Made by a program: the position numbers and the translations under genes. A model generated the notes under the pieces. The model ran no database searches. It was not told where the DNA came from and saw nothing but the letters and a program-made list of their open reading frames with translations. Below are positions 46,994-59,514 of a stretch of 64,000 nucleotides of DNA, piece after piece. Numbering within the stretch: position 1 is the stretch's first letter; each line of letters opens with the position of its first letter. Source of the DNA: a bacterium (GTDB lineage: Bacteria > Actinomycetota > Acidimicrobiia > Spongiisociales > JAHEDJ01); NCBI GenBank assembly GCA_024641325.1, contig JAHEDJ010000001.1, positions 151,594 through 215,593 on the forward strand. The letters are read 5' to 3'.

Positions 46994-47932
46994 TCAAGCC
47001 AAACGAGGGAGGAGAGCGTCGATCAGCCGTGTGAAACGTTCGCGAGCTGCGTCCGCCGTCTCCTGCACGTCGGCATGAGACAGTGGCACGGGAGAGATGC
47101 CGGCGGCCAGGTTGGTCACTAATGAGATGGCGATGACTCTGGCGCCCATATGCCGGGCCGCGATCGTCTCCGGAACCGTCGACATGCCGACCAGGTCGGC
47201 ACCGAGTCTCTTCGCCATCTGAACCTCGGCGGGCGTTTCATAGGTGGGTCCGGTGAACCATGCATACACGCCTTCTTCCAGGTCTACATCGACTTCGCTC
47301 GCCGTCTGGTGGGCGATGGCGCGCAGGCCTGGATCGTAGGCAGCACTCATGTCGGGGAAGCGGGTTCCGAGGCGATCTTCGTTGGGCCCGAATAGAGGGT
47401 TGTGCCCGGTGAGGTTCAGGTGATCGCGCAGCAGGACGAGGTCACCGGCGGCGCGTCCGTCACCGCACCCGCCGCTGGCATTCGTGAGCAGGACCGACCC
47501 GGCACCCGCGGCAATCGCGGCTCTGACTGCGAAGACCACTTGTTCGAGGCTGTGGCCTTCGTAGAAATGAGCTCGACCGGCCAGGATCAAGATAGGCACC
47601 CCGCTCAGTTCCACCGAGTAGGCCGTGCCGGCGTGGCCCGCGACCTTGGGGACCGGGAAGCCCGGAATCTCGGAATACGGGATCGCGATCGCTCCCGGTA
47701 GCTGATTGGCATAGCTGCTCAGTCCCGAGCCGAGCACGGATGCGACCCGGTGCTCCGGTCTTCCGCTGAGATTCCTGATGACGCCGGCGGCCGCTTGGAT
47801 CGCGTCGTAGTTCACACGTACGCACCGATCCTCTCGATAATGAGTTGTGAAGGCGGCACCGGAGAGTCTGAGATCTCCCATGCGTCTGTGAGCAGGGGCG
47901 CAGCAACACCGTACGCGTAAGAGTCGTTCCAA
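46994..47932 (-). CDS. punA: purine nucleoside phosphorylase (PNP/MTAP family 2)
   Basis: VLGSGLSSY...IPYSEIPGFP...GHAG and LTNASGG align with trimeric PNP. The true start is probably nearer 47815 (GTG, abutting the deoA stop). My reading of 47875-47935 disagrees by 1 nt with the ORF track. Confidence 0.65.
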   Translation of the reverse strand: MERLLRVRCCCAPAHRRMGDLRLSGAAFTTHYREDRCVRVNYDAIQAAAGVIRNLSGRPEHRVASVLGSGLSSYANQLPGAIAIPYSEIPGFPVPKVAGHAGTAYSVELSGVPILILAGRAHFYEGHSLEQVVFAVRAAIAAGAGSVLLTNASGGCGDGRAAGDLVLLRDHLNLTGHNPLFGPNEDRLGTRFPDMSAAYDPGLRAIAHQTASEVDVDLEEGVYAWFTGPTYETPAEVQMAKRLGADLVGMSTVPETIAARHMGARVIAISLVTNLAAGISPVPLSHADVQETADAARERFTRLIDALLPRLA

Positions 47933-49125
47933 CGGATGCGGCCGAGCACGTCACCCTGTTCGACTCGATCGCCGATCTTGGCCTCAACCGTCACACCGAC
48001 CGCCGGGTCGATGTCATCTTCCTTCCGTTGACGGCCGGCACCGAGTCTCATCGCACCGACCCCAACCGCGAGTGCGTCGCATCGCTTGACCCATCCCGAG
48101 ATAGGAGCGGTAACGAGTTCCTCGTTTGTCGCCTTGGGGAGCAGGTCGGGATTGTCGAGAACAGCCGTGTCGCCGCCCTGCGCGAGTGTGATCTCCTTGA
48201 ACTTATCGAACGCCCGACCCGAAGAGACCGCCTCCTCGAGCATTGCTCGAGCTTCGTCGACTGAGGTCGCCACGTCGCCCATGACCAGCATCTCTGCTCC
48301 GAGAGCGTACGTCAGCCTGGTGATGTCTTCGGGCCCTTCGCCGTGAAGGGTGTCGATCGACTCGCGGATCTCCGAGGCGTTGCCGACTTCGCGACCGAGA
48401 GGTTGATTCATATTGGTGAGCAGGGCGATGACCTTCGTTCCTCGCAGATCGCCGATCTCGACCATCGTCTCCGCCAACCGGCGAGCCTGTTCCACCTCTT
48501 CCATGAAGGCTCCTCGTCCAACCTTCACATCGAGAACCAGGCCGTCGAGATCCTCCGCCAGTTTCTTTGACATGATGGATGACGCGATTAGCGGAATAGC
48601 CGGCACCGTGCCGGTCGCGTCGCGCAGTGCGTAGAGCTTCCGGTCCGCCGGGACCAGGTGCTCCGACTGGCCGCCGAGTACCACCCCGTGGGCGGCCAGA
48701 AGTGTTGCGAACTCACCGGCGGTGAAACTGGTCCTGAATCCCGGAATCGTCTCCAGTTTGTCGAGTGTTCCACCCGTGTGCCCCAGGCCGCGGCCACTCA
48801 TCATCGGGATCTTCACTCCGCAAGCCCCCACCATTGGGGCAAGCGGAATCGAGATCTTGTCCCCTACGCCTCCTGTGGAATGCTTGTCGACTTTGCGGCC
48901 CGGAATCGCCGACAGTTCGAGTACCTCGCCCGATGTCAGCATCGACTCGGTCCAGACGGTCAGCTCCTCACCGTTGAGACCGCGGATGAAGACGGCCATC
49001 AGCATTGCAGACATCTGGTAGTCGGGGATCGTTCCGGCCGTGTACTCCGCGATGAGCCATCTGATCTCGTTACCGGTGAGGGTCCCGCCGTCGCGTTTTC
49101 GTTCGATCAGTTCAACGGCAGTCAT
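47812..49125 (-). CDS. deoA: thymidine / pyrimidine-nucleoside phosphorylase
   Basis: MTAVELIERKRDGGTLTGNEIRWLI...HSTGGVGDK. Confidence 0.85.
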   Translation of the reverse strand: MTAVELIERKRDGGTLTGNEIRWLIAEYTAGTIPDYQMSAMLMAVFIRGLNGEELTVWTESMLTSGEVLELSAIPGRKVDKHSTGGVGDKISIPLAPMVGACGVKIPMMSGRGLGHTGGTLDKLETIPGFRTSFTAGEFATLLAAHGVVLGGQSEHLVPADRKLYALRDATGTVPAIPLIASSIMSKKLAEDLDGLVLDVKVGRGAFMEEVEQARRLAETMVEIGDLRGTKVIALLTNMNQPLGREVGNASEIRESIDTLHGEGPEDITRLTYALGAEMLVMGDVATSVDEARAMLEEAVSSGRAFDKFKEITLAQGGDTAVLDNPDLLPKATNEELVTAPISGWVKRCDALAVGVGAMRLGAGRQRKEDDIDPAVGVTVEAKIGDRVEQGDVLGRIRWNDSYAYGVAAPLLTDAWEISDSPVPPSQLIIERIGAYV

Positions 49126-50291
49126 GTGATGTCCTCCAGGAACGACGTTCCGGCACTCGGTGACGGGATCCCGAGGCCATCGCAGACCGTTGCCGCAACG
49201 TCCGCGTAGGTGGAGCGGGTTCCGAGGTCGACGCCGGCCGCGTTGAGGCCGGCGACCAATAGCGGCACGTATTCGCGCGTGTGATCGGTGCTGCCGTCGG
49301 TTGGATCGTTGCCGTGGTCGGCAGCAAGGATCAACAGATCCTTTGGCCCTAGTGCCTCCGTCAGGCGCGGGAGGTAGCCGTCAATTACCCCGAGCCCCAT
49401 CGCGTACCCTTCCGGATTCTCCCGATGTCCGTAAACCATGTCGAGGTCGACGAGGTTGATCATGAGCAAACCTCGATTCATCTCCTCGAGTGCGCGAAGC
49501 GTGTGCTCGAGTCCGTCTGTGTCTCCCTCTGTGTGTACGGCCCGATCGAGGCCGCGACCGGTGAAGAGATCCTCGATCTTGCCGATACCGAGAGTGGGGA
49601 TACCGTGCTCCTGAGCAATGTCCAGCATGGTCGAGGCGTGGGGTGGCAGCGCGAAGTCCTGTCGCTCGTAGGTCCGCCGGAATGCTCCGGGTTCGCCTTC
49701 GAAGGGACGGGCGATGATTCGGCCGATCCGGTAGTCGTTGCAGTGTTTGCGGGCGATCCTGCATACCCGGTAGAGCTCCTCGAGAGGAACAACGTCCTTG
49801 TGGGCGGCGATCTGGAACACGGAATCGGCGGACGTGTAGAGGATCAGTTCCCCGGTCTCGATATGCCTGGGCCCCAGGTCTTCGATTATGACGGTGCCGG
49901 ATGCGGCGTAGTTGCCGAAGAACTTGTGTCCGGATTCCTCTTCGATTCCCTCGACCAGCGCCGTTGGGAACCCCGTGTCTGTGAACGTGGCGTCGGCTTC
50001 CTCGGTTATGACTCCGGCGATCTCCCAGTGTCCCGTCGTGGAATCCTTGCCGGCGCTGGCCTCGGCCAACTTGCCGAAACCCATAGTCGGGGATTCAACC
50101 GCAGGAACACCGAGCAAGTTGCCGTGGAGGTTGCCCAGTCCGGCGATTTGGAAGTTGGGGAGATCGAGGCCGCCGACGGCCTGTGCTGTGTGGCCGAGCG
50201 TGTCGGAACCCTCATCGCCGTAGTCGGGTGCGTCCGGGGCCTCACCCGCCCCGCAGGAATCCATCACAATAACGATCGCTCGTTCCAGCAC
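49122..50291 (-). CDS. deoB: phosphopentomutase
   Basis: MLERAIVIVMDSCGAGEAPDA...GNDPTD. First gene of a deoB-deoA-punA operon. Confidence 0.85.
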   Translation of the reverse strand: MLERAIVIVMDSCGAGEAPDAPDYGDEGSDTLGHTAQAVGGLDLPNFQIAGLGNLHGNLLGVPAVESPTMGFGKLAEASAGKDSTTGHWEIAGVITEEADATFTDTGFPTALVEGIEEESGHKFFGNYAASGTVIIEDLGPRHIETGELILYTSADSVFQIAAHKDVVPLEELYRVCRIARKHCNDYRIGRIIARPFEGEPGAFRRTYERQDFALPPHASTMLDIAQEHGIPTLGIGKIEDLFTGRGLDRAVHTEGDTDGLEHTLRALEEMNRGLLMINLVDLDMVYGHRENPEGYAMGLGVIDGYLPRLTEALGPKDLLILAADHGNDPTDGSTDHTREYVPLLVAGLNAAGVDLGTRSTYADVAATVCDGLGIPSPSAGTSFLEDIT

Positions 50292-50362
50292 GGTTCACCT
50301 TCCGATCTCTTCAGTTCGTCGCAATCGCGAAATCGGGCACACGCGAATCGGATAACTCGAAT

Positions 50363-50629
50363 CTACCGGTTCTTTGCAACCTTGCCGTTGCGTAGCTCTA
50401 CGCCTTCGGATCGGAGTAGCTCCGCATGGCGCTCCTCCAGCCCGGGTACCAGACGCCCGGACGAGGCAACGACGCGCCACCAGGGGAGCCCGGTGCTCCT
50501 TCGAAGATAATTGCCGACGGCACGTGCTGCACCCGGGCGCCCGGCTTGCGCCGCAACTTCGCCGTATGTCACTACCTCACCTGGGGCGAGCGACAAAAGG
50601 ATCTCACGGACGTTGTCTTCGAAGTTCAC
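50363..50629 (-). CDS. alkyltransferase-like (ATL) / MGMT DNA-binding-domain protein lacking the active-site Cys
   Basis: 88 aa. VTYGEVAAQAGRPGAARAVG helix-turn-helix of the MGMT C-domain. It has PWWRV where MGMT has PCHR. Confidence 0.55.
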   Translation of the reverse strand: MNFEDNVREILLSLAPGEVVTYGEVAAQAGRPGAARAVGNYLRRSTGLPWWRVVASSGRLVPGLEERHAELLRSEGVELRNGKVAKNR

Positions 50630-50768
50630 AAGGCGAATCTAGAGGTTCGCGTTGGTGAATCGCTGAGTGGTGCGGAGAGTTCTAGGTGATGGGTTTTGAG
50701 TTCGGACGCGCAAACTATGGGTTGTTGTCGCTCGGTCATAACCTAGACCTCAGAACGAGAACTCTCTC

Positions 50769-51389
50769 TCAGAGGGTCCCGAACAGCCGATCGCCCATGT
50801 CGCCGAGACCCGGTTGGATGTAGTAGGTATCGCTGAGCCCGCGGTCGAGTCCGGCCGTAACGACCCGGACGTCGGGATGATCCTTCTCCATTCTCGCCAC
50901 ACCCTCAGGAGCAGCCACGACACACAGAGCCAGGATCTCGTGTGCTCCGTTCGCCTTCACCTTGTCGACGGCCCATGACAGCGAGCCACCGGTAGCGAGC
51001 ATCGGTTCGAGAATGATGACCCGTGCATCTCGGAGATCCGGGAACTTCGTGTAGTACTCCTGGGGGAGCGCCGTCTCCTCGTCGCGCTGTACACCGGCAT
51101 ATCCGACGTGGACATCGGGCAGTAGATCGATGACGGCGTCGAGTAATCCGAGTCCGGCGCGCAGAACGGCAACCGCCACGAGGTTTCTCCCGATCCGGTA
51201 TCCAATGGTCGGCTCCAACGGAGTGTTGATCGGTGCCTCGGCCAGTTCGAGGTCTGCCGTCGCCTCTATCAGAAGCGTGTATGCCAGGCGCCTGGTCGTT
51301 TCCCTGAATTTCTCGGGTGGGGTGTTCTCGTCACGCAGCGTCGAGAGATAGTGGCGGGTGAGTGGGTGATCGACGACCGTGAGACTCAA
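50769..51389 (-). CDS. upp: uracil phosphoribosyltransferase
   Basis: MSLTVVDHPLTRHYLSTLRD...ILEPMLATGGS. Confidence 0.9.
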   Translation of the reverse strand: MSLTVVDHPLTRHYLSTLRDENTPPEKFRETTRRLAYTLLIEATADLELAEAPINTPLEPTIGYRIGRNLVAVAVLRAGLGLLDAVIDLLPDVHVGYAGVQRDEETALPQEYYTKFPDLRDARVIILEPMLATGGSLSWAVDKVKANGAHEILALCVVAAPEGVARMEKDHPDVRVVTAGLDRGLSDTYYIQPGLGDMGDRLFGTL

Positions 51390-51506
51390 CTCTGGCTCCT
51401 GTTTGTAGGTGCCCTCAATCTACCGTCCACGTCGGAAGGCCGTCCGCCACCGCCCAAATGACCGCGTTGGACGGTGGTAACCATCGATTGTGAAGAGTTC
51501 CCGCCG

Positions 51507-51983
51507 TCAGACACTCAATCGATCGCGGGCTTTCCATAGGCGCAGCATCGTGAAGAGGCCAAACGTCAACGATGTAACGATAATGCCGGTTTCAGCCTTC
51601 ATCTCCGGTGAGTTGTCGGCGAACTTTCCATGCTGGATGTTGTATTTCAGGTCCATCAGGCCCAGGAATATCGCGGCGCTTCCTGCCGCTATCCCTGCAC
51701 CTACGGCCTCCGGCCGTCCCCGCCCGAGGAGCCGTCCAGCCAGCAGCGCGGTGCCGGCGAGGTAACCGTCGGCGAGCAGAAAGGTCCGCTCGAATGCGAT
51801 GTAGTCCTCGTCGTCCGAGGTACGTACGTGACCACCCGTGAAGAAGTCAACCCAGTACGCGACTATCGCCCATGCGCCAAGCTGCATCAGGCGAGAGTGG
51901 AGACGATCGGCGCGTGTAACCATCATCTCCAACAAGCCTATAGGACGAACGGCGGCCCGGGTCGGTCCGCCCGAGAACGGCAT
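51507..51983 (-). CDS. hypothetical membrane protein
   Basis: Hydrophobic segments. The start is uncertain, and an internal Met (MMVTRADRL) is possible. Confidence 0.35.
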   Translation of the reverse strand: MPFSGGPTRAAVRPIGLLEMMVTRADRLHSRLMQLGAWAIVAYWVDFFTGGHVRTSDDEDYIAFERTFLLADGYLAGTALLAGRLLGRGRPEAVGAGIAAGSAAIFLGLMDLKYNIQHGKFADNSPEMKAETGIIVTSLTFGLFTMLRLWKARDRLSV

Positions 51984-52051
51984 ACCGGGACTGGGTCGTC
52001 GGGCCGAACTGCCTCACATGGCATCGAAATCATCGACCCGTCATGGCTGCA

Positions 52052-54784
<2,733 letters not shown>

Positions 54785-54874
54785 TTAGACGAGCGTAATG
54801 CACAGAGATCGTCACCTGCTTGCCACCGACCAGCTACTCGCACTAGCGACTAGCTCCTCGCGACTAGATACACT

Positions 54875-56230
54875 GTGACGTCCATGTTCGAATCCCTCTC
54901 CGACCGGTTCACCGGCATCTTCACGAAACTGCGCGGCAAAGGGCGCCTGAACGAAGCTGATGTTGACGCGACGCTTCGAGAGGTCCGGCTCGCCCTGCTC
55001 GAGGCCGACGTCAACGTCACGGTCGCCAAGAGCCTGCTCGCCAGAATCAAGGAGCGGGCGGTCGGTGAAGAGACCTCAAAGAGCCTGTCGCCGGGCCAGC
55101 AGGTAATCAAGATCGTCCATGAAGAGCTCATAACCACGCTTGGTGCCGAAGTCGCCCGTCTGAACTCGTCCTCCACCCCGCCTCTGACCATCCTGATGGT
55201 TGGTCTGCAAGGTTCCGGCAAGACCACCTCTGCAGGCAAACTCGCCCTTCACCTTCGCAAACAGGGCAAGCGCCCGTTGCTGGTGGCCGCAGACCTGCAG
55301 AGACCCGCGGCCATCGATCAGCTGGAGACTCTGGGCCGCCAGATCGACGTTCCCGTCTACGCCGAGCGGGTGAGCAAGCCGGCGAAACTGGTCAAGGCGG
55401 CACTGAAGGAAGCTAAGCGGATCGGCAATGATGTCGTGATCATTGACACTGCCGGTCGTCTGCAGATCGACTCTGAGTTGATGACCGAACTGGCAGACGT
55501 GAGAAAGGCTTCCAACCCCGCCGAAGTGCTCCTGGTAGTCGATGCTATGACCGGCCAGGACGCAGTCAATGTTGCCAAGGGTTTCCTCGAGTACACCGAT
55601 CTCACCGGCATCGTCTTATCCAAGCTCGATGGTGATGCTCGTGGTGGAGCAGCCATCTCTGTGCGCGAAGTCACCGGGCGGCCTATCAAATTCGCCGGTC
55701 TCGGAGAAAGCCTCAGCGATTTCGAACCGTTCCATCCAGATCGCATGGCGTCCCGGATTCTCGGTATGGGAGATGTCCTAACCCTGATCGAGAAAGCCGA
55801 AACCGCCTGGGACGAACAAGAGGCCCAGGTCATGGCCGACAAGCTGCGAACGGCCAGTTTTACGCTCGAGGACTTCCTGAGCCAGTTTCAGCAACTGAAG
55901 AAGATGGGGCCACTTGACGGGTTGCTTGCTATGATCCCAGGCGCCTCGTCGGCGCTGAAGAATGTAGAGGTTTCCGACAAGGACTTGGGTCGAGTCGAAG
56001 CGATCATCCGCTCGATGACTCCCGATGAGCGGCACAACCCGAAAAGCATCGACGGGAGCCGCAAACGGCGAATCGCAGCAGGATCGGGCACCACCCCTCA
56101 GGAAGTGAACGGCCTGCTCAAGCAATTTGCCGAAACACAAAAGATGATGAAGATGATGGCTGACGGCCGAAGCTTCCCGGGAATGCCGGGTCTCGGAGGG
56201 CTGATGCCGGGACGAAAAGGGAAGAGGTGA
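54875..56230 (+). CDS. ffh: signal recognition particle protein Ffh
   Basis: MFESLSDRFTGIFTKLRGKGRL, GLQGSGKTT, and the M-domain. Confidence 0.9.
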   Translation: MTSMFESLSDRFTGIFTKLRGKGRLNEADVDATLREVRLALLEADVNVTVAKSLLARIKERAVGEETSKSLSPGQQVIKIVHEELITTLGAEVARLNSSSTPPLTILMVGLQGSGKTTSAGKLALHLRKQGKRPLLVAADLQRPAAIDQLETLGRQIDVPVYAERVSKPAKLVKAALKEAKRIGNDVVIIDTAGRLQIDSELMTELADVRKASNPAEVLLVVDAMTGQDAVNVAKGFLEYTDLTGIVLSKLDGDARGGAAISVREVTGRPIKFAGLGESLSDFEPFHPDRMASRILGMGDVLTLIEKAETAWDEQEAQVMADKLRTASFTLEDFLSQFQQLKKMGPLDGLLAMIPGASSALKNVEVSDKDLGRVEAIIRSMTPDERHNPKSIDGSRKRRIAAGSGTTPQEVNGLLKQFAETQKMMKMMADGRSFPGMPGLGGLMPGRKGKR

Positions 56231-56234
56231 CGAG

Positions 56235-56705
56235 ATGGCGGTGAAGATCCGCCTCCAGCGGTTTGGAAAGAAGAAGCAGCCCGTCTATCGGGTCGTCGTA
56301 ATGGATGGCCGCAAGCCGCGCGATGGGCGTTATCTAGAGGCCATCGGCCGTTATGAACCACGTCAGGATCCGTCGTTGATCGAGATCGATAACGATCGGG
56401 CACTGGACTGGCTGATGAAGGGCGCACAACCCACCGAGACCGCACAGAAGCTTCTCGAGGTTTCTGGTGCATGGGCTCGATTCAAGGTGGCCAAGGGCGA
56501 GATCTACACCGTCGGTGTGAAGGCCGCTCCGACCGTCGAAGAAGCAGACGCTGATGCAGACGCCGTAGACGTATCTGTTGAAGAGGTCACCGAAGTGCCG
56601 GCCGAAGAAGCGGTCGAAGCTCCGGTCGAAGAAGCTGAAGAAGCCGGGGATGCTCAAGAAGCACCTGCAGAACCCGAGGCCGAAGCCGGAGAGGACTCTG
56701 AGTGA
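56235..56705 (+). CDS. rpsP: 30S ribosomal protein S16 with an acidic C-terminal extension
   Basis: MAVKIRLQRFGKKKQPVYRVVVMD. Confidence 0.9.
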   Translation: MAVKIRLQRFGKKKQPVYRVVVMDGRKPRDGRYLEAIGRYEPRQDPSLIEIDNDRALDWLMKGAQPTETAQKLLEVSGAWARFKVAKGEIYTVGVKAAPTVEEADADADAVDVSVEEVTEVPAEEAVEAPVEEAEEAGDAQEAPAEPEAEAGEDSE

Positions 56706-56953
56706 GTAAGGGAGAAATCGTCGAGCGGGTAGTCCGCTACGTCGTTTCAGAAATCGTCGACGACGCCGAACAGGTCGAAGTGACGATCATCGAAGAGGGC
56801 CCTGAAGAGGTCACCGCGGAGGTCCGCACGGCCAAGTCTGACATGGGCCGGGTCATCGGACGTCGCGGTCGGGTTGCCCGTGCCATTCGCACGCTTGCCC
56901 AGGCCGCGGCCGACGAAGAAGGCTTGCGCGCCGGCGTTGAATTCGTCGACTGA
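56702..56953 (+). CDS. KH-domain RNA-binding protein (YlqC-like)
   Basis: VGRVIGRRGRVARAIRTL is a KH GXXG loop. Conserved position between rpsP and rimM. Confidence 0.8.
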   Translation: MSKGEIVERVVRYVVSEIVDDAEQVEVTIIEEGPEEVTAEVRTAKSDMGRVIGRRGRVARAIRTLAQAAADEEGLRAGVEFVD

Positions 56954-57434
56954 TCGGACGGTCGGCCGAATCGGCCGGGCCCACGGCATCAGGGGCGAGG
57001 TTTCAGTGCGGGTGCTGGTCGACGACGTGCGCTTCTTCGATCCCGGTGCCCGTCTCGAAGCGGGGGACCGTGAACTCGTAGTTGTTCATTCCCGTCCTCA
57101 CAAGAACACTCTGCTGGTTGGATTTGCAGACGTCACGTCGCGCAACGATGCAGAAGATCTGCAAGGTGTCGAACTCATGGTTCGGGGTGCTGAACGAAGA
57201 GAGCTCGATTCAGGCGAATTCTGGCCGGAAGATCTCATCGGACTGGCCGTGCACGTCGACGGTGATCGGCTCGGAGAAGTCGTAGGCGTGGTCGAAGGAT
57301 CCGCCCAAGACCGCCTCATCATCGAGACCGTTGCCGGGGAGACGATCGAAGTTCCTTTTGTGGATGAACTCGTCCCGGAGGTGTTGCCGGAACAAGGCAA
57401 GATTCGGGTCGCTCCCATCGAAGGGCTCTTCTGA
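56937..57434 (+). CDS. rimM: ribosome maturation factor RimM
   Basis: VGRIGRAHGIRGEV signature. TTG at 56937 is proposed as the start. The ORF track's ATG at 56874 would overlap the KH gene by 80 nt. Confidence 0.75.
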   Translation: MNSSTDRTVGRIGRAHGIRGEVSVRVLVDDVRFFDPGARLEAGDRELVVVHSRPHKNTLLVGFADVTSRNDAEDLQGVELMVRGAERRELDSGEFWPEDLIGLAVHVDGDRLGEVVGVVEGSAQDRLIIETVAGETIEVPFVDELVPEVLPEQGKIRVAPIEGLF

Positions 57435-57449
57435 AGGGCCGCTCGGCCT

Positions 57450-58319
57450 TCAACCCTCCACTGTCACGTCGAGGCGAATACCCTGTTCGACACCATCCCG
57501 GGCAGAGTCTTCACCAATGAAGAGTTCCAGGTTCCCGGTGATTTCGGTTGGCAGACCGATCTCGAATCGACCCCATGTTTCCAGGTAGTCGGTTGAGGTC
57601 GTGTAGGTCTCGGCCACGATGTTTCCGTCCCGGCGCGCCCGCAGAATGACGTTCCCCTCAAATGTGCGTCCATATCCTTCGACAGAAACCGGCGGGGTCA
57701 GGGTGTCATCGAGAGGCATGACGACGATGAAGCCTTCGTGATCGGCTTTGCGTATTTCGGTACCACCCGGGGCAAGGTCGACCACGAGCCGTGCGGGGCT
57801 CGAGATCTCGGAGAATCTGGCAACAGCGGACGCGGATAGGTGAACGTCGAAGAACAACGAATCGTCGAAATCGCGGACTACGTAGACACGGTCGACCAGC
57901 GACCCGTCGAACACAACATCCGACAGAGTCGTGCCGGTGATAGACGGATCGAGATGTACGCGGACTATGCCGTTTGTCCGGATGAGTTCAGCATGAGTCG
58001 TACCGAGCGACGTCGCCGGTGCGCCTGATGCCGCAGCCAGTTCAACGACCAACTGTTCGCAACCTTCATAAGGCGTCATTGCGAGTCCGGTAATGGTCGC
58101 TGCGTCGGCGGCATCGCCGGACTGTGAACCCAGCGGGCCGTCGCCGAAGAAACCGTTCGAACCTTCGAGGCAGGGGGCAGCAACCGGCCCGTCGGTGGTC
58201 GGCGATCCTGTTTGGACGGTCGTCTCCGGCGCAGTCGAAGACGCGGTCGGGGCCAAGCTTCCGCAGGCAGCAGCAGACAGCGCGACGAGCAGTGCGAGGA
58301 ATGAAGTCCGCATTCCCAT
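57450..58319 (-). CDS. putative lipoprotein
   Basis: Lipobox LSAAAC. 289 aa, with a Thr/Ser-rich linker. Confidence 0.5.
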   Translation of the reverse strand: MGMRTSFLALLVALSAAACGSLAPTASSTAPETTVQTGSPTTDGPVAAPCLEGSNGFFGDGPLGSQSGDAADAATITGLAMTPYEGCEQLVVELAAASGAPATSLGTTHAELIRTNGIVRVHLDPSITGTTLSDVVFDGSLVDRVYVVRDFDDSLFFDVHLSASAVARFSEISSPARLVVDLAPGGTEIRKADHEGFIVVMPLDDTLTPPVSVEGYGRTFEGNVILRARRDGNIVAETYTTSTDYLETWGRFEIGLPTEITGNLELFIGEDSARDGVEQGIRLDVTVEG

Positions 58320-58377
58320 GAGAGTAGCCGTGGACGGCCGTCATCTATTGCCGCGACCCCGACTAGCGTGTCGTTTC

Positions 58378-59514
58378 ATGCCGCACCCGCGTTTCGATTC
58401 GGATCTCGCAGTCGACTACCTCGATGGGTCGGTCGACGCCGCTCCGCTGTTTGAGGAAGCCGGCCGACTTCGAGATGAGGGTCACGGGAGAACCGTCACG
58501 TATAGCCGCAAGGTGTTTATTCCATTGACGACGCTCTGCCGGGATCGGTGCACGTACTGCACTTTCGCGAAGCCGCCCGGGGCGGGCGGCGAGTACCTCG
58601 AACCGGATGAAGTTCTGGCCATCGCTGGGGCGGGGGAGAAGCACGGATGCACCGAGGCCCTCTTCACCCTTGGAGATCGGCCCGAGGACCGCTGGGATCA
58701 GGCACGACGGTTTCTGGATGAACGCGGGCTCAACTCAACATTGGACTACGTCCGAGAGATGACTGAATTGGTGGCGACTACCACCAGCTTGTTTCCGCAT
58801 GCGAATCCGGGGTTGATGAACGAGGCCGCCGTCCGGATGCTGCGGCCGTCCAATTCCTCGATGGGCCTCATGCTCGAGAACGTCTCACCTCGTCTGATGG
58901 AGGTTGGCATGCCGCATTTCGATTGTCCCGACAAGGATCCGTTGATGCGAATAGCCACAATCGAGGCGGCCGGCCGGGTTTCGGTGCCTTTCACTTCGGG
59001 GGTACTCATCGGTATCGGTGAGACGAACCAGGAGATCGTCGACTCGCTCTTGGCCCTCGAACGTTTGCATTCCCGTTTGGGGCACATCCAGGAAATCATC
59101 GTCCAGAACTTCCGGGCCAAGGCCGATACACGAATGAAGGGCAGCGCCGAGCCGATGCCCTCCTACTTCGCCCGGGTCGTGGCAGTGGCCCGCTGGTTGT
59201 TTGGACCCGAGATGAACATCCAGGTTCCGCCCAACCTGACCGAGAGGTACGAGATCTATTTGCAGGCCGGCATCAACGACTGGGGTGGCGTGTCCCCCTT
59301 GACCATCGACTGGGTGAACCCCGAACAACCATGGCCTCACCTGGCCGAACTCGAGCACAGGACGTCGGCTGCCGGATACAAACTCCGGCCTCGTCTGCCC
59401 GTGTATCCCGAGTTCATTACCGGCAGGTGGATAGACCAGGGGGTGTTGCCCGCTATTCAGGCGGCGACCGACGACGAAGGATACGCAGCGATTCGAGAGG
59501 GAGTGGGTTCGTGA
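58378..59514 (+). CDS. cofG: FO synthase subunit 1 (7,8-didemethyl-8-hydroxy-5-deazariboflavin synthase CofG)
   Basis: The ATG at 58378 gives MPHPRF... Radical-SAM CRDRCTYC motif. The ORF track begins upstream at 58093. Confidence 0.8.
   Translation: MPHPRFDSDLAVDYLDGSVDAAPLFEEAGRLRDEGHGRTVTYSRKVFIPLTTLCRDRCTYCTFAKPPGAGGEYLEPDEVLAIAGAGEKHGCTEALFTLGDRPEDRWDQARRFLDERGLNSTLDYVREMTELVATTTSLFPHANPGLMNEAAVRMLRPSNSSMGLMLENVSPRLMEVGMPHFDCPDKDPLMRIATIEAAGRVSVPFTSGVLIGIGETNQEIVDSLLALERLHSRLGHIQEIIVQNFRAKADTRMKGSAEPMPSYFARVVAVARWLFGPEMNIQVPPNLTERYEIYLQAGINDWGGVSPLTIDWVNPEQPWPHLAELEHRTSAAGYKLRPRLPVYPEFITGRWIDQGVLPAIQAATDDEGYAAIREGVGS

Noticed and set aside
47875-47935. Apparent 1-nt discrepancy between my reading of the sequence (cccaatgcg) and the ORF-track translation of the PNP N-terminus
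   Set aside because: This is probably my transcription error while reading. ORF-track coordinates verified correctly on both sides (36094, 49125), so no frameshift is claimed.
51390-51506. PyrR-type attenuator upstream of upp
   Set aside because: No convincing PyrR binding loop (ARUCCNGNGAGG-like) or terminator/antiterminator pair was found.
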